A stretch of 37,368 nucleotides of DNA from positions 102,378,265-102,415,632 of the forward strand of contig NC_068984.1 of NCBI RefSeq assembly GCF_001194135.2, given 5' to 3'. The translations under genes were made by a program, and so were the position numbers. This document shows positions 10,771-22,657 of the stretch, in pieces (position 1 is the first letter of the stretch; each line of letters starts with the position of its first letter). Origin of the DNA: Octopus bimaculoides (taxonomy: Eukaryota). The notes under the pieces were generated by a model, which had not been told where the DNA came from, made no database searches, and saw only the letters and a program-made list of their open reading frames with translations.

Positions 10771-11390
10771 AAAACATCAGATCAAGTAAGTACAATATTA
10801 GTTTACCAATAGTTGTCTGCTCAAATTAAGTTCTTTATTAAAATGATTAGATGAAAGACATTTCTATAATTAAGATCCAGCTCTGCTGTAAGTAAGGTTG
10901 AAACAAAAATAATTCCATTCTATCTTTTGGTAGGTGATATTAGTGAAATGTTTTTACTTCTGGAACAAAAGTACCAGAACCAATAGCAGAACAGACAAAG
11001 ATTAGATTTATAGTGGGATAGTGTTCCAATTACTTCATAGTCCAATAATATTTGGTTTTCTCATGATATGCTGATGAAGGAAATTAATATAATTGTGGAT
11101 GAGGCCATCTTGATAAGGAAATACATTTGAAATCAATCATCATTTAGGACCAAACTTCTTTATCTTTCTTATTAAGGTCAGGATATAAATTTTTGTTCGT
11201 TTCTGGAATCTCCTTAATTTGCCTTAATTTCAGCACATGTCTACCACCACGTTTAGGTTCATTTATATTTTTGATAAGTAGAATGATTTGGTTTCTGTTC
11301 TTTTCAATTATTATTATTATTATTATGATTATTATCATATTATTGATTCTCATATTTTAAAAGAATTGACGTAACTCCTCACAAAGGTAA

Positions 11391-11722
11391 ATAGACAATA
11401 TGAAGAACGTGATGCGATTTCAATAGATATTTTTATTGGTTTGAACGATATTTTGACAGCTTGCCTGTCTTTGTCAAGTTTTTTTCTTTCTTTTTCTTTT
11501 TACCAGTTGTAAACTTGAAAATTGAAGGCTGACGGTGTCAGTCCATCAACACGGGAATGCAGGTTGCCCTCCTCAAAATTTTTGAATTTGAATTTCTATA
11601 GTTTTCAATTTTTAGGTATCAGTTTTAATTTTGAACTTGACAAAGACGGGCAACCTTTTGGAATATCATTCAAACCAACAAAATACCTATTTCAATCACA
11701 TCGCACTCTTCATATTGTCTAT
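11391..11722. mobile_element. MITE with ~90-bp terminal inverted repeats
   Basis: 11391-11480 (ATAGACAATATGAAGA...CTTTGTCAAGTT) is the reverse complement of 11634-11722 (AACTTGACAAAG...TCTTCATATTGTCTAT). No clear TSD. Confidence 0.8.
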
Positions 11723-11754
11723 GATTATTATTTAAAATTATTATTATAATTATT

Positions 11755-11985
11755 TACGGCAGCGAGCTAGCAGAATTGTTAGCACACTCGGCAAAATGCT
11801 TAGTAGCATTTCGTTTGTCTTTATCTTCTAAGCTCCAATACCACTGAGGTCGACTTTGCCTTTCATGCTTTCAGAATTGATGAAATAAGTACCAGTTGTG
11901 TACTGGGGGTCAATATAATCAACTAGCCCCTCCTCCAAAATTTCAGGCCGTGTGCCTTCAGAAGAAAGAATTATTATTATTACTG
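11755..11985 (+). mobile_element. SINE family B
   Basis: GGCAGCGAGCTAGCAGAATTGTTAGC head, core and AATTATTATT tail. Confidence 0.8.
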
Positions 11986-12439
11986 TTACACTGTGTAACA
12001 AAACTTTTATTTTTTTTCTTATCTCTGGTTAGTAAGTGTTATTTCCTATTTGCTTCTATCTAGAAATCAAAGGAAATGACGACTGTTTCCTTCAAACTTT
12101 GCTCCTGTGACCTGGACATCAATGTTTTGAAACTGTTTACCATTAGATTTCAGACAGATTCAGTGCCGAGTTGCTGAATTAGAAATATCATTTTAACAAA
12201 TATTCTGCTCAATACCACAGATTTGCTTGTCAGTTGCTTGACCTTAACCACTTAAGCATGTACATTAGTGGCTGATAATAAGTGCATCTCTGATCATGAG
12301 CAGAAGTAGTGGGGGAGCGTCATAGCCATGTATTAAAAGGGATTCTTAGGGGGGTTTACTTTCTAGGGGTTAGTGAAGAGGAAATAACAGTTGCTACCCA
12401 AGGACAAAAATCATGTTACACAGTGTTATTATTGTTGTA

Positions 12440-12850
12440 AAGGTGGTGAGCTGGCAGAATTGTTGGCACATGGGACAAAATGCTTCATGACATTTTGTCT
12501 GTCTTGATGTTCCAAGTTCAGATGCTGCCAAAGTTGACTTTACCTTTTGTCCTTTTGGGGGTCAATGAAATAAGCACCAGTTGAGTACTGGGATTGGTAT
12601 AATCAACTTAACCCCTACCCTGAAATTTCTGGCCTAGTACCAAAATTTGAAACCATTATTATTATTGGTGGCAAGCTGGCAGAATTGTTGGCACATTGGA
12701 CAAAATCCTCCGAGACACTGTCTTTATGTTTTGAGTTCAAATTCTGCTAAGGTCAACTTTGCCTTGCATCCTTTCTACTTGTGTACTACCCCCCTTTCCC
12801 AGAATTTCAGGCCTTGTGCCTATGGTAGAAATGATTATTATTGTTGTTGT
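12440..12850 (+). mobile_element. two head-to-tail SINE family B copies (12440-12665 and 12667-12850)
   Basis: The second head begins inside the (ATT)n tail of the first. Confidence 0.75.
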
Positions 12851-13742
12851 TTTTGATCTTTTCCTTCTCATCAACATCATTCTTGTTCTTTCTTTCTTTT
12901 CTACTACTACTAAACTCATTTTTGATCCACTTTTTCCCATCCTATCTCCCTGCCCAAGGTCCTATAGTTCATATTCCTCCCTCTCCAATCCTTATTCACT
13001 AGAACAGCAACCTGCCAGTGTCCCTTTTAAACCTGTAAGAGTTCACATGGAACAGCAGTCATTTATCTCAATCTTCCAGATTAGTTTATGGTTTAACAAC
13101 AACAGCAGTAGACAATTACCTCTTTCTTGGGTAACAAAATTATCTTAAAGTGTCATTGTTTTGAAATGAACACCAAAGTAGAAAAGTGTATGCTTGTGTG
13201 TGTGTGTTAGTTTAAGTTTATGTGGGGGAAGGAAGAAAAGGGAAAATGCTGCAGATGTTATACCACAGAAAAACAAGAACTAAAAGAAAACGAAAAGGTA
13301 CTTTGCGATATTAAGAGAGGAAATTAGATAAACCGAATGCAGCGTGGAAACAAGGACAAAAGAAGCTTAATGAAATGAATTGCTTGCCAAGGACGGCAAC
13401 CTGCTGGGACAACATTCTTTTGTTTTCTTTGCTTGAAGTTTGTGTCTTCATTGATTGGTTCAGCCCTGGCATGATGGAACATGACCAAACACTTGACAAG
13501 TTTCTATGCAATACAGAACGCTGATGTGGGGTAAAAGGAGAATTACGTATGTGGCACAAAAATAACAAAAGAAAATGAAAGAAAGGGATGACAAGGACAG
13601 TAACAACAACCTCAAAATGATAAAAAAAAAAAACATGCAGAAGGACAAATGAAACAAGTGCAGCTTTATTTAACAAAATGTGTGGTTGACCTGCACAGCT
13701 TTCAATGAACAGCGTGTACTGATAGAGATAGTGAAGAGTTGA

Positions 13743-13756
13743 ATTGCTATGGAAAC
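13743..13756. promoter_or_regulatory. candidate RFX X-box
   Basis: ATTGCTATGGAAAC (reverse complement GTTTCCATAGCAAT), one terminal mismatch from GTTTCCATAGCAAC. It lies in non-repetitive intronic DNA of a ciliary gene. Confidence 0.35.
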
Positions 13757-14254
13757 AATAGCTAGCAGTGAAGACACTTCAATGGGCTACAAGGCTGTGT
13801 TTTACACTTTTAACCTTCGTTTCCTTTACATTTCTCTCTTCCTCTCTGTCTCTGTCTGTCTCTCTCTCTTTCATACATTTTTATTTCCTATAAAAAATTC
13901 TCTCTTTTTTGTTTCAAATTTTAGTTTTACTGTTTCTCATGACAATGATTATAAAATAATTACTGGAATGATTTTGCTTTTTTTTTTTTTTTTTTTTAAA
14001 TTAAATTAATGATGATTATAATTATGATGATAATAACAATGATGATAATGGCAATGTCACCAACAACTATAATAACTAATAATGAGATGAAAAGAAACAC
14101 TGGACTGATACACATCAGCAACAATAGAAGATGAATTATAACAAAAAACAAAACAAAAAACGTGTAATAAGGGTGAAAATAACAAAACAAATATACAAAA
14201 TAAATACAAAAAAATTTAATAAAATGATGAGGATGATGTTGGTGGTGTAGTGGT

Positions 14255-14297
<43 letters not shown>

Positions 14298-14463
14298 AAA
14301 TGAACATAACTTGCAATACATTCCTGCTTAATACACTGAAGTGAATGAATGATCAATATATTGCAAAAGTATCAAAGAAATTAGCAAAAATAAATTTAAT
14401 TATTACATTAGTGGCTGTAACGAAAATATAATCATTTACAATCGAAAAAAAATGATTTAATAA

Positions 14464-14640
14464 ATGTATGTGTGTGTGTGTGAGTGGGTAAGTTTGGTTG
14501 GGTGAATCTGTGTATGCTTATATGTGTGTGTGTACATGTTTGCTTGTGTATGTGTGTGTGTGTGTGTGTGAGTGGGTAAGTTTGGTTGGATGAATCTGCG
14601 TATGCTTATATGGGTGTGTGTACATGTTTGCCTGTGTGTG
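14464..14640. repeat. two tandem ~90-bp TG-rich units
   Basis: GAGTGGGTAAGTTTGGTTGG(G/A)TGAATCTG...TACATGTTTGC occurs twice. Confidence 0.85.
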
Positions 14641-15059
14641 TTTATATGAATGTGTGTGCATATAATATATATATACATATATATATTTATCATTTGAATA
14701 TGAATGACATGACACAACATAATACACACACACCCAGAGTATTTTGCATCCACCTCATACAGTAGTGGGACAGTTTCAGAAATTTTCAATATTTGTATAA
14801 TGTTTAAATGTTTGTTACATTCAGCTAGAGAATATTTGACAGGGATGTAACAAACAGCTGAATCTGTTTTGCAGTTAGAAGTCGACAGAGAGAGAGCAAA
14901 ACAGATTACTGTTGGAATATTGACTGTAGTGGTAAGGTGTGTGTGATGCGTGCGTGTGTGTGTTGTAAGGTGCATGTGAAAGTCTGAATCTGAGAATAGG
15001 TTTTCATCTAAAGATCCAAAAGTGAACTTAGTTAAAAGTAAAATGTGATTAATGTAGTA

Positions 15060-15532
15060 CAGCAGTCCCCAAACCTTTCTGGTCATGGACTAGTTTCATG
15101 CAAGACAATTTTTCCATAGACCAGGGGATCACACACATAACAAAACACGATAAATTCCTACATATATAATTTATATACATTAAGGTGTGTGGCTTGGTGG
15201 TTAGGAGTATTCAGTTCATGATCATAAAGCCATAAGTTCAATTCCCAACAATGTGTTGTTTCCTTGAGCAAGATAGTCCACTCAACTGGTGAAAATGAGT
15301 TGTACCTGTAATTCAAAATGACTAGCATTTGTCACATCCAGTGTCACGCCAAATCTTCTTAAGAACTATGTCAAGGGTACGCATGTCTGTAGAGGCTGTT
15401 GCTTTGATTGGATCAACTAGAATTCTCATTGTTGTAACCAATGGAGTGTCACATATATAATACAGAAACACCCCAGCAGACTGCAATAGTCAAGTAAATT
15501 TCTGTGCAGCACCCAGAGGTTGGGGATCCCTG
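15060..15532. mobile_element. hAT-Charlie-like MITE containing a SINE
   Basis: Ends CAGCAGTCCCCAAACCTTT...GGTTGGGGATCCCTG (MER1-like TIRs). 8-bp flanks ATGTAGTA / GTGTAGCA match at 6 of 8, consistent with a hAT TSD. Confidence 0.7.
15181..15455 (+). mobile_element. CORE-like SINE inside the hAT MITE
   Basis: GGTGTGTGGCTTGGTGGTTAGG...AGTTCAATTCC head and GTCCACTCAACTGGTGAAAATGAG core, similar to 36302-36565. Confidence 0.65.
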
Positions 15533-15929
15533 GTGTAGCACATGGGATGTGACCCTACTTTATTCAAATTCAGAGGACAAGGAAATACAACTTTAAGATG
15601 TGTCCTTGTTCTATTCAATATAGAGAAAGTATGTCATTGTAACTCCATCAATGGGTGCACTAAACTGATACCAAGATATCACAAACACACAATGAACTAC
15701 AACTTTAAGATGCATATATTCACTGAAGTAGATGAAGTAAAATCAAAGACTATGTTCTTGATTTGATGGAAATTCTCCAACAGAACTATTGCATTGGCAA
15801 TGTTGCTCTTTAGCCTTGTGTTAAGTCTGATTAAGCAGACTAACGATTAAAGTCTTACAGCCATGATCATCCCATCTATTTAGTGAATCAAACACTTCAG
15901 TATATCTACAGATTATCTTCATTGCAGAC

Positions 15930-16210
15930 TTCCTGGGTCTTGAGGAACCAACACAAAATTTCATTAGGTAATTGTTGGGCTGAAATACCAAGTTGTATTT
16001 AATGAAATAAATAACGATGTAGTGAGGTTATATGTAATACGAGGTAAAAGAAATATCAAATGAAGATCTCATTGAGCTGAAGAAGATGAAGAAAGTGATA
16101 AGGTCAAATTGCCACTAATTTTAACAAGTAAAGATATGGCTGAGGTTTTCTAGTTTTTAGATAAAACTTTGGTTATTTTAATAGAAAACAACTGATGTAA
16201 TGAATTATGC
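15930..16210 (+). mobile_element. decayed pogo/Tigger-like transposase C-terminal fragment
   Basis: Broken frames FNEINNDVV...EISNEDLIEL...LTSKDMAEVF*FLDKTLVILIENN resemble the Tigger acidic C-terminal ELTNEDL motif. Confidence 0.4.
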
Positions 16211-16506
16211 AAACATCACAAAAGTAAACAACCTTAGATATATTCTTTCAGTAAATATTGATCTAATTAAATTTTCATCAAGTTTATTCTTCTATGTACA
16301 GCAAATACATTTCAAAGTTTAATATTAGTAGAGTTTTAAGTCTTTATTTAGAAGTAATGTAATGCCTTTGTGAATAGGAATATATATGATAGGAACTTAA
16401 CCTCTGAGTATTAAACTAAGTACTGTATTTGAAATGAAGACCTTGAAGGCAGAACCCCAGAATGGATACAGTCCAATAACTGAAGCCAGTAAAAGAATGT
16501 GAAGTA

Positions 16507-17880
16507 TTGGGTCAATCCATAACTAATGTGTTTTTTTCAACTGCATGAACTAAAAGTTGAGGCGGACAGAATAAACTACTTGCATTAACTTGCTATAAAA
16601 GCAGGTAGTAATTTTACCTTGTACAAAAAGGCGGCGAGCTGGCAGAATCGTTAGCATGCCGGGCGAAATGCTTCGTGGTATTTCGCCTGTCTTTACGTTC
16701 TGAGTTCAAATTCCGCCGAGGTCAACTTTGCCTTTCATCCTTTCAGGGTCGATAAATTAAGTATCAGTTATGCACTGGGGTCGATGTAATCGACTTAATC
16801 ACTTTGTCTGTCCTTGTTTGTCCCCTCTATGTTTAGCCCACTGTGGGCAATATTAAAAAAAAAAAAAAGGAATTTTACCTTGTACTTATTCTTAGTGAAA
16901 GTTTTGAAGAATGCAGTTCGATTTTAACAGTTATTTTTTCAAAGCTATAATGGAAGTGACAAAGGAGCATATTCGGCATATGAGTTCTATAAAGGCAACA
17001 ATGCAACAGAGAGTGCGAGGAATATTAATGCAGTATATGGGGATCAGACATTAAGCGTAAGCTAGAGTCAATGGTGGTTCCAGAAATTCTGAACCGGAAA
17101 CTACTGCCCAGAAGACGAGCCTTGTCCTGGAAAATCTGTAAAGCTTGACGAAGATGTCCAGCAAACCCTGGTGGAACAAAATCCCATTGCAATTGTTGAG
17201 GAACTAGCAGAGAAACTTGGATTTGGTCATTTAGCCATTCATCAACACCTGCATGCCATTGGAAATGTCAGCAATTTGGGTCAATGGGGTCCTCACAAAC
17301 TTTCTGAGTCTAATCGTGTGCAGAAAGTAAATGTGTGCTCTTCTTTACTGTCATGTCTCATGAATGAACCCGTTTTGGACTAACAGGTAATGAGAAATGT
17401 TTTCTCTATAAAAATGCCACACGCCGAAGACAGTGGGTAGGAAAAGAAGAAGCACTGGCACCCCAGGCTAAAGAAAGTCTTCACCCATGTAAGGTGTTGT
17501 TATCTGTTTGATAGGATATGAAAGGTTTAGTCCATTTTGAACTTTTAAATCCAAACCAAATGATAGCAAAGGAGATCTACTGTGAGCAGTTTGAGCAGCT
17601 TAAGTCAGCACTAGAAGAAAAACGACCATCTTTGGTTTCAAGAGGAAAGGTGTTCTTCCATCAGGATAATGCTCGGTCACATACAGTGAAGATGACATTC
17701 CAAAGGCTGGAGGGGTTTGAGTATTCACCGGACATTGCCCCATCTGACTATCATTTATTCTACAGTCTTCAAAATCATTTGGACAGAAAAAATATGAATT
17801 CTGTAGATGAGTACTGGAGAACATTACTGGAGGAGTATTTTCGTCATAGATAAGTGAATTTTGGAAGAGGCCTGACCCAA
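16507..17880 (+). mobile_element. mariner (DD34D) transposon, defective, copy 1
   Basis: TA|TTGGGTCAATCCATAACTAATG left TIR. Transposase from ATG 16950 (MEVTKEHIRH...WFQKF...WGPHKL...FHQDNARSH...YSPDIAPSDYHLF) with stops and frameshifts. The right end is reduced to TGACCCAA|TA. Confidence 0.9.
16625..16870 (+). mobile_element. young SINE family B inserted in the mariner 5' region
   Basis: CpG-rich, with a poly-A tail. Perfect 15-bp TSD AATTTTACCTTGTAC at 16610-16624 and 16871-16885. Confidence 0.9.
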
Positions 17881-18232
17881 TACCTATGTACGTACATGCA
17901 TTCAGACATACACAAACATATGTACATACATACAAACATAAATAAGCAGACATTGTGTATGCAATATATAAATAGTTCAGTCAGAATATGAGAATATGAT
18001 GGAAATGAAACTTTGGTCAAAAAACAAATATCTTATTTAATTGAAAAACAAAGTCTTCTTGAGGATGTCTCTATAATGATGAATATGTTATTGGACTGCT
18101 GTATTTTACTTCGTTTATTGATCCTAGGAATAGCTAAGGCACTAAACTGTAAATCATGAAGTATCTAGTCATTATACTTGGCAGTTTGCCATTTGCACTA
18201 CCTCATCCACTCTCTATTAAACAATATCAATA

Positions 18233-18246
18233 AAAACAACAACAAC

Positions 18247-18313
<67 letters not shown>
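18233..18313. repeat. (AAC)n(AAT)n microsatellite
   Basis: Directly visible. Confidence 0.95.
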
Positions 18314-18318
<5 letters not shown>

Positions 18319-19223
18319 TTTATTATGGTTGAATGGTGATGGTGGAACTTAAACATGAACATCACTTTCTATAGACCTCAATCAGTTAAACAGGAAAGAA
18401 ATAGCATTGCCATTTCACAGTTGGGTGGTTGGTATTAGATAGGACATACAGCTATAAAAAGTATTGCTCTTAAAAAACAGAAAAACACTCAATTTTCAAA
18501 ACCATCCACTTCCGGGGAAATAATTTGGCACTTTTATTTGCCAAATGATGCCACACCAGTGAGCAATCACAATATTTGATCAGTTAGTTTTGTCTATAAA
18601 ACTTTCATTTTAGTTATTAACAGTCATTAATTTAAAACATGAGAGGTGTGGGACTTAGTATTACAGAAGAAAGACAGGAATTTGAATTAAAAAAACCATT
18701 ACTTTATTTGTTTCACTTATCTTACCTATACACAAGAACATCAATAACATTTAACTGATTTCTTTATTTGGCATAAAGGCATAAACAGCGAGAAAAATAA
18801 TATTTATAATAAACTTAAATAAAATACATGTATGTTGTTACATAATAAAATGAAGTAAAAAAAAATAAACGGTTCTGATAATATTGATTTCTCATAGTCG
18901 AACAAAACCACCTATCATTAATATAGAAGAAACAAGATTGTGTGATGATCATGATTTAGTTTTTTAATGCTCCAGAGAATCAGTGATACAAATGAACCAG
19001 CAATTATAACCAGTAATTAAAACCAAATTGTGAACTCAACAATTGACACTTATTCTATTCGTTCCACTATGTCTACCTGAAATCTACAATACCATCATCA
19101 TCATCCTTTATTGTCTGTTCTCCATGCTGGTATAACCAGAGTGACAAGCAGGAGAGCTGTACCAGGTTCCAATCTGATTTGGCTTGGCTTCTTCTATTGG
19201 ATGTTTATATAATGTTTATATAT

Positions 19224-19608
19224 AGGTGCAGGAGTGGCTGTGTGGTAAGTAGCTTGCTTACCAACCATATGGTCCTGGGTTCAGTCCTACTGCATGGTAC
19301 CTTGGGCAAGTGTCTTCTACTATAGCCTCGGGCCGACCAAAGCCTTGTGAGTGGATTTGGTAGACGGATTTGTATATGCATATGTATGTGTGTGTATATG
19401 TTTGTGTGTCTGTTTGTCCCCCCCAGCATCGCTTGACAACCAATGCTGGTGTGTTTACGTTCCTGTAATTTAGTGGTTCAGCAAAAGAGACTGATAGAAT
19501 AAGTACTAGGCTTACAAAGAATAAGCTCTGGGGTCGATTTGCTCAACTATAAAGGCAGTGCACCAGATGGCCGCAGTCAAATGACTGAAACAAGTAAAAG
19601 AGTAGAGT
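19224..19608 (+). mobile_element. SINE family A
   Basis: Full head, internal TG/TA tract and ATGACTGAAACAAGTAAAAGAG tail. Confidence 0.85.
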
Positions 19609-20000
19609 ATATTTAGAAATAAAAGTAAAACAAAAGTAACACCTCAACTAATGATAATGGATTCTTTGCTTCATTTTGGGATAAAAAGCTTGTTTCTTCA
19701 TCCTAGCCAAGCCAACTATTCTCCCATTGTTACTTAAAGTAATCTTAGACCATATCTGTATCCTTCATTTTCCACCTGATATAGAACTTGAGTAATTGTA
19801 AGGAAGAGTCTGTAGGAGAAGACAACCTCCAAATAATGTATACCTATTCACTTTAACAAGTCATATTCAATTACCATCAAGCAAAGGCACAGTACTTGGC
19901 TGTGTTTAGTATTTCTTGCTAAAGGTAACAAACTTGTTATCTTTGGTTAGTTCTGTTCTTAATAGCACTGAACAAAAGATGTGAAACTGGGATAATATTG

Positions 20001-20196
20001 GTTTCAAATTTTGGAACAAGGCCAGCAATTTTGGAGAAGGAATTAAGTAGATTACATCAGCCCCAATGTTCAACTGGGACTCATTTTATTGACCTGAAAG
20101 GGATGAATGGCAATTTGAACTCAGAATGTAGGAATGGGTAAAATGCTGCTAAGCATTTAACCCAGGTGCTAATGATTTTGGCAGCTCACCACCTTA
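20001..20196 (-). mobile_element. SINE family B with 19-bp TSD
   Basis: TGAAACTGGGATAATATTG at 19982-20000 and 20197-20215. Confidence 0.85.
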
Positions 20197-20411
20197 TGAA
20201 ACTGGGATAATATTGACATGTAATATCTACTGGCCTGAAAGATATCCTTTCTAGATTCATAAATATTGAGTCAATTTTGGTAGGGCACTAATAAAACTGT
20301 CTGAAAGAAGGTCATGATGTCAGCACTTCAATCATAACCCTAAACACAAGAAAATTTTGAAGTTAGCTCTAGAAGTCTAACAAGTCACTTATTTAATATT
20401 ATCCTACTACT

Positions 20412-20745
20412 AGACATGGCTGTGTGGTAAGAATATAGCCTCAGGCTGACCAAAGCCTTGTGAGTGGATTTGATAGATGGAAACTGAAAGAAGCCCATCA
20501 TGTATATGTATATCTCCATGTATGTGTGTGTTTGTGTTTATTTTCTGTCACTGCTTGACAACTGATGCTGGTGTGTTTAAATCCATGTAACTTAGCAGTT
20601 CAGTAAAAGAGACTGACAGAATAAATACCAGGCTTAAAAAAAAAAGTACCAGGGTCGATTCATTCGACTAAAAATTCTCCATGGTAGTGCTCCAGTATGA
20701 CCACAGTCTAATGACTGATACAAGATAAAAAGTAAGATATAAAAG
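20412..20745 (+). mobile_element. SINE family A (internally deleted head)
   Basis: GGCTGTGTGGTAAG joined directly to TATAGCCTCAGGCTGACCAAAGCC; family A tail. Confidence 0.8.
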
Positions 20746-20875
20746 ATATTGCATACAACAATGAGCTGGTGGTATATATTGATGGTATATATTTACAATT
20801 AGGACAGCTGAACCAACAGCTGGAAGACCTTAGTGAACCTGATGTCATTTAAAGATGAGATCAGATCTCATTTAA

Positions 20876-21196
20876 CTCTCTTCTTACCATATTTCTGTTG
20901 GCATGAACTACCTTTTGTTTCAATTAATTTTGAAAATAATGAAGAATTTATTAAAATAACTTTATCACTGTTAAGCTGGTGAATGAAACAAATTAACATG
21001 GAAGTTTACATTTTATCTTTTACTTGTTTTTGTCATTAGACTGTGGCTATGCTGAGGCACCGCTTTGAAGAATATTTAGTTGAATGCCTGGTACCTATTC
21101 TATCAGCCTCTCTTGCTGAATTGCTAAGTTATGGGGATGTAAAAACACCATCACCAGTTGTCAAGTGGTAGTAGTGGGAGACAGACAGACACAAAG

Positions 21197-21247
<51 letters not shown>

Positions 21248-21484
21248 ATGGGCTTCTTTCAGTTTCCATCTACCAAATCCACTCACACGGCTTTGGTTGG
21301 CCCGAGGCTATAGTAGAAGATATTTGGCCAAGATGTCACACTGAACCCAGAACCATGTGGTTGGGAGGAAGCTTCTTACCACATAGCCACACCTGCTGAA
21401 GAATTTAATTTAGATCATTTTAAAACAAGAAATTTGTATCATAGAACCAGAAGTGATCTCAGATGGGTTGGTAATAAAAAAGGA
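20876..21484. mobile_element. TTAA-flanked (piggyBac-type) MITE containing SINE A (21010-21396, minus strand)
   Basis: TTAA|CTCTCTTCTTACCA ... TGGTAATAAAAAAGGA|TTAA degenerate inverted ends. Confidence 0.5.
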
Positions 21485-22177
21485 TTAAAAAATTCTGCAA
21501 TCATAATCTTCTCTAATTCCAACACTATATCAATGCATATTTGAAATACTATTTCAACCATATTAAAATATTATTGAGACAAATGGTCAAAGAAAATATC
21601 TACAATAAGCCCTATTGTCTACTTCTTGAAGATTAGCTCTTGTTTTCCTGATGAAAACTTGGTTGTCTGTGGCAAATAGTATCAAATAATTGCTGTTTTG
21701 TTAATTAGATAAATAATCTTATATGAGTTATACTAACATTAATTTTATAATTCCCAAAAGAGCAAAAGACAATAATGCATATTATGTGAGATTTATAATT
21801 CATCTAGCAATGATTCTATTCATTGTAACTCAACTGATATATCAAATATTCCCGATTATTATCAATTGTTTAATAACAGCTTCCTTTCAAATCATTTTTT
21901 GTTTGTTTGTTTGTTTTTAGTTAATTAGTGAAGTGGGTGATGGTCAGTGCCTATTGTCTTTGTAATGAGATCAATGTTACAGATATTTAGTTCAAACTTC
22001 TGCAGATCTTGTGTCATTTGTAGGAAAACTGAGGTAGCAACATATTACACAGAGTCGTAGCTTTGAGTACTGATGGCTCAGTACTTTGTCTAGCATTTCA
22101 ACACTAGGTTCTTTATCTAGTGTCTGTTGAGTTTGATTTGTTTTGAAGCTTATATATATATATATATATATATATTT

Positions 22178-22456
22178 TCGAGTGAGATCGTTGCCAGTGC
22201 CCCTGGACTGGCTCTTGTGCGGGTGGCACATAAAAGACACCATTTTGAGCGTGGCTGTTTTCGTGCGGGTGACACGTAAAAGCACCCACTACACTCTCTG
22301 AGTGGTTGGCGTTAGGAAGGGCATCCAGCTGTAGAAACTCTGCCAAATTAGATTGGAGCCTGGTGTTGCCATCCGGTTTCACCAGTCCTCAGTCAAATCG
22401 TCCAACCCATGCTAGCATGGAAAGCGGACGTTAAACGATGATGATGATGATGATGA
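22178..22456 (-). mobile_element. young copy of repeat family D
   Basis: CpG-rich. The minus strand reads CATCATCATCGTTTAACGTCCGCTTTCCATGCTAGCATGGG...GGATGCCCTTCCTAACGCCAACC. Confidence 0.8.
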
Positions 22457-22581
22457 TATATATGTATATATAAAATAAAACAGAGTTAAAGAAGTGATTT
22501 TAAATTCTCAATCGCAGAATAATGCTAATAATATAGCCTGAACAGGATAAACTACCCCTATTTTGCAGAGAAAAGTGTAGG

Positions 22582-22657
22582 TGGCTAGCTGTGGACCCGA
22601 ACTCACATCCCCGTGATTACATGTCATGATGCTTTGACCGATTAAGCTAAACTACCC
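22582..22657 (-). pseudogene. tRNA-like sequence (Thr-TGT-like, degenerate) embedded in a repeat
   Basis: GGGTAGTTTAGCTTAATCGGTCAAAGCATCATGACATGTAATCACGGGGATGTGAGTTCGGGTCCACAGCTAGCCA. D-stem GCTT/AAGC, A and B boxes, anticodon loop CATGTAA; T-stem and acceptor stem are damaged. Confidence 0.6.
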
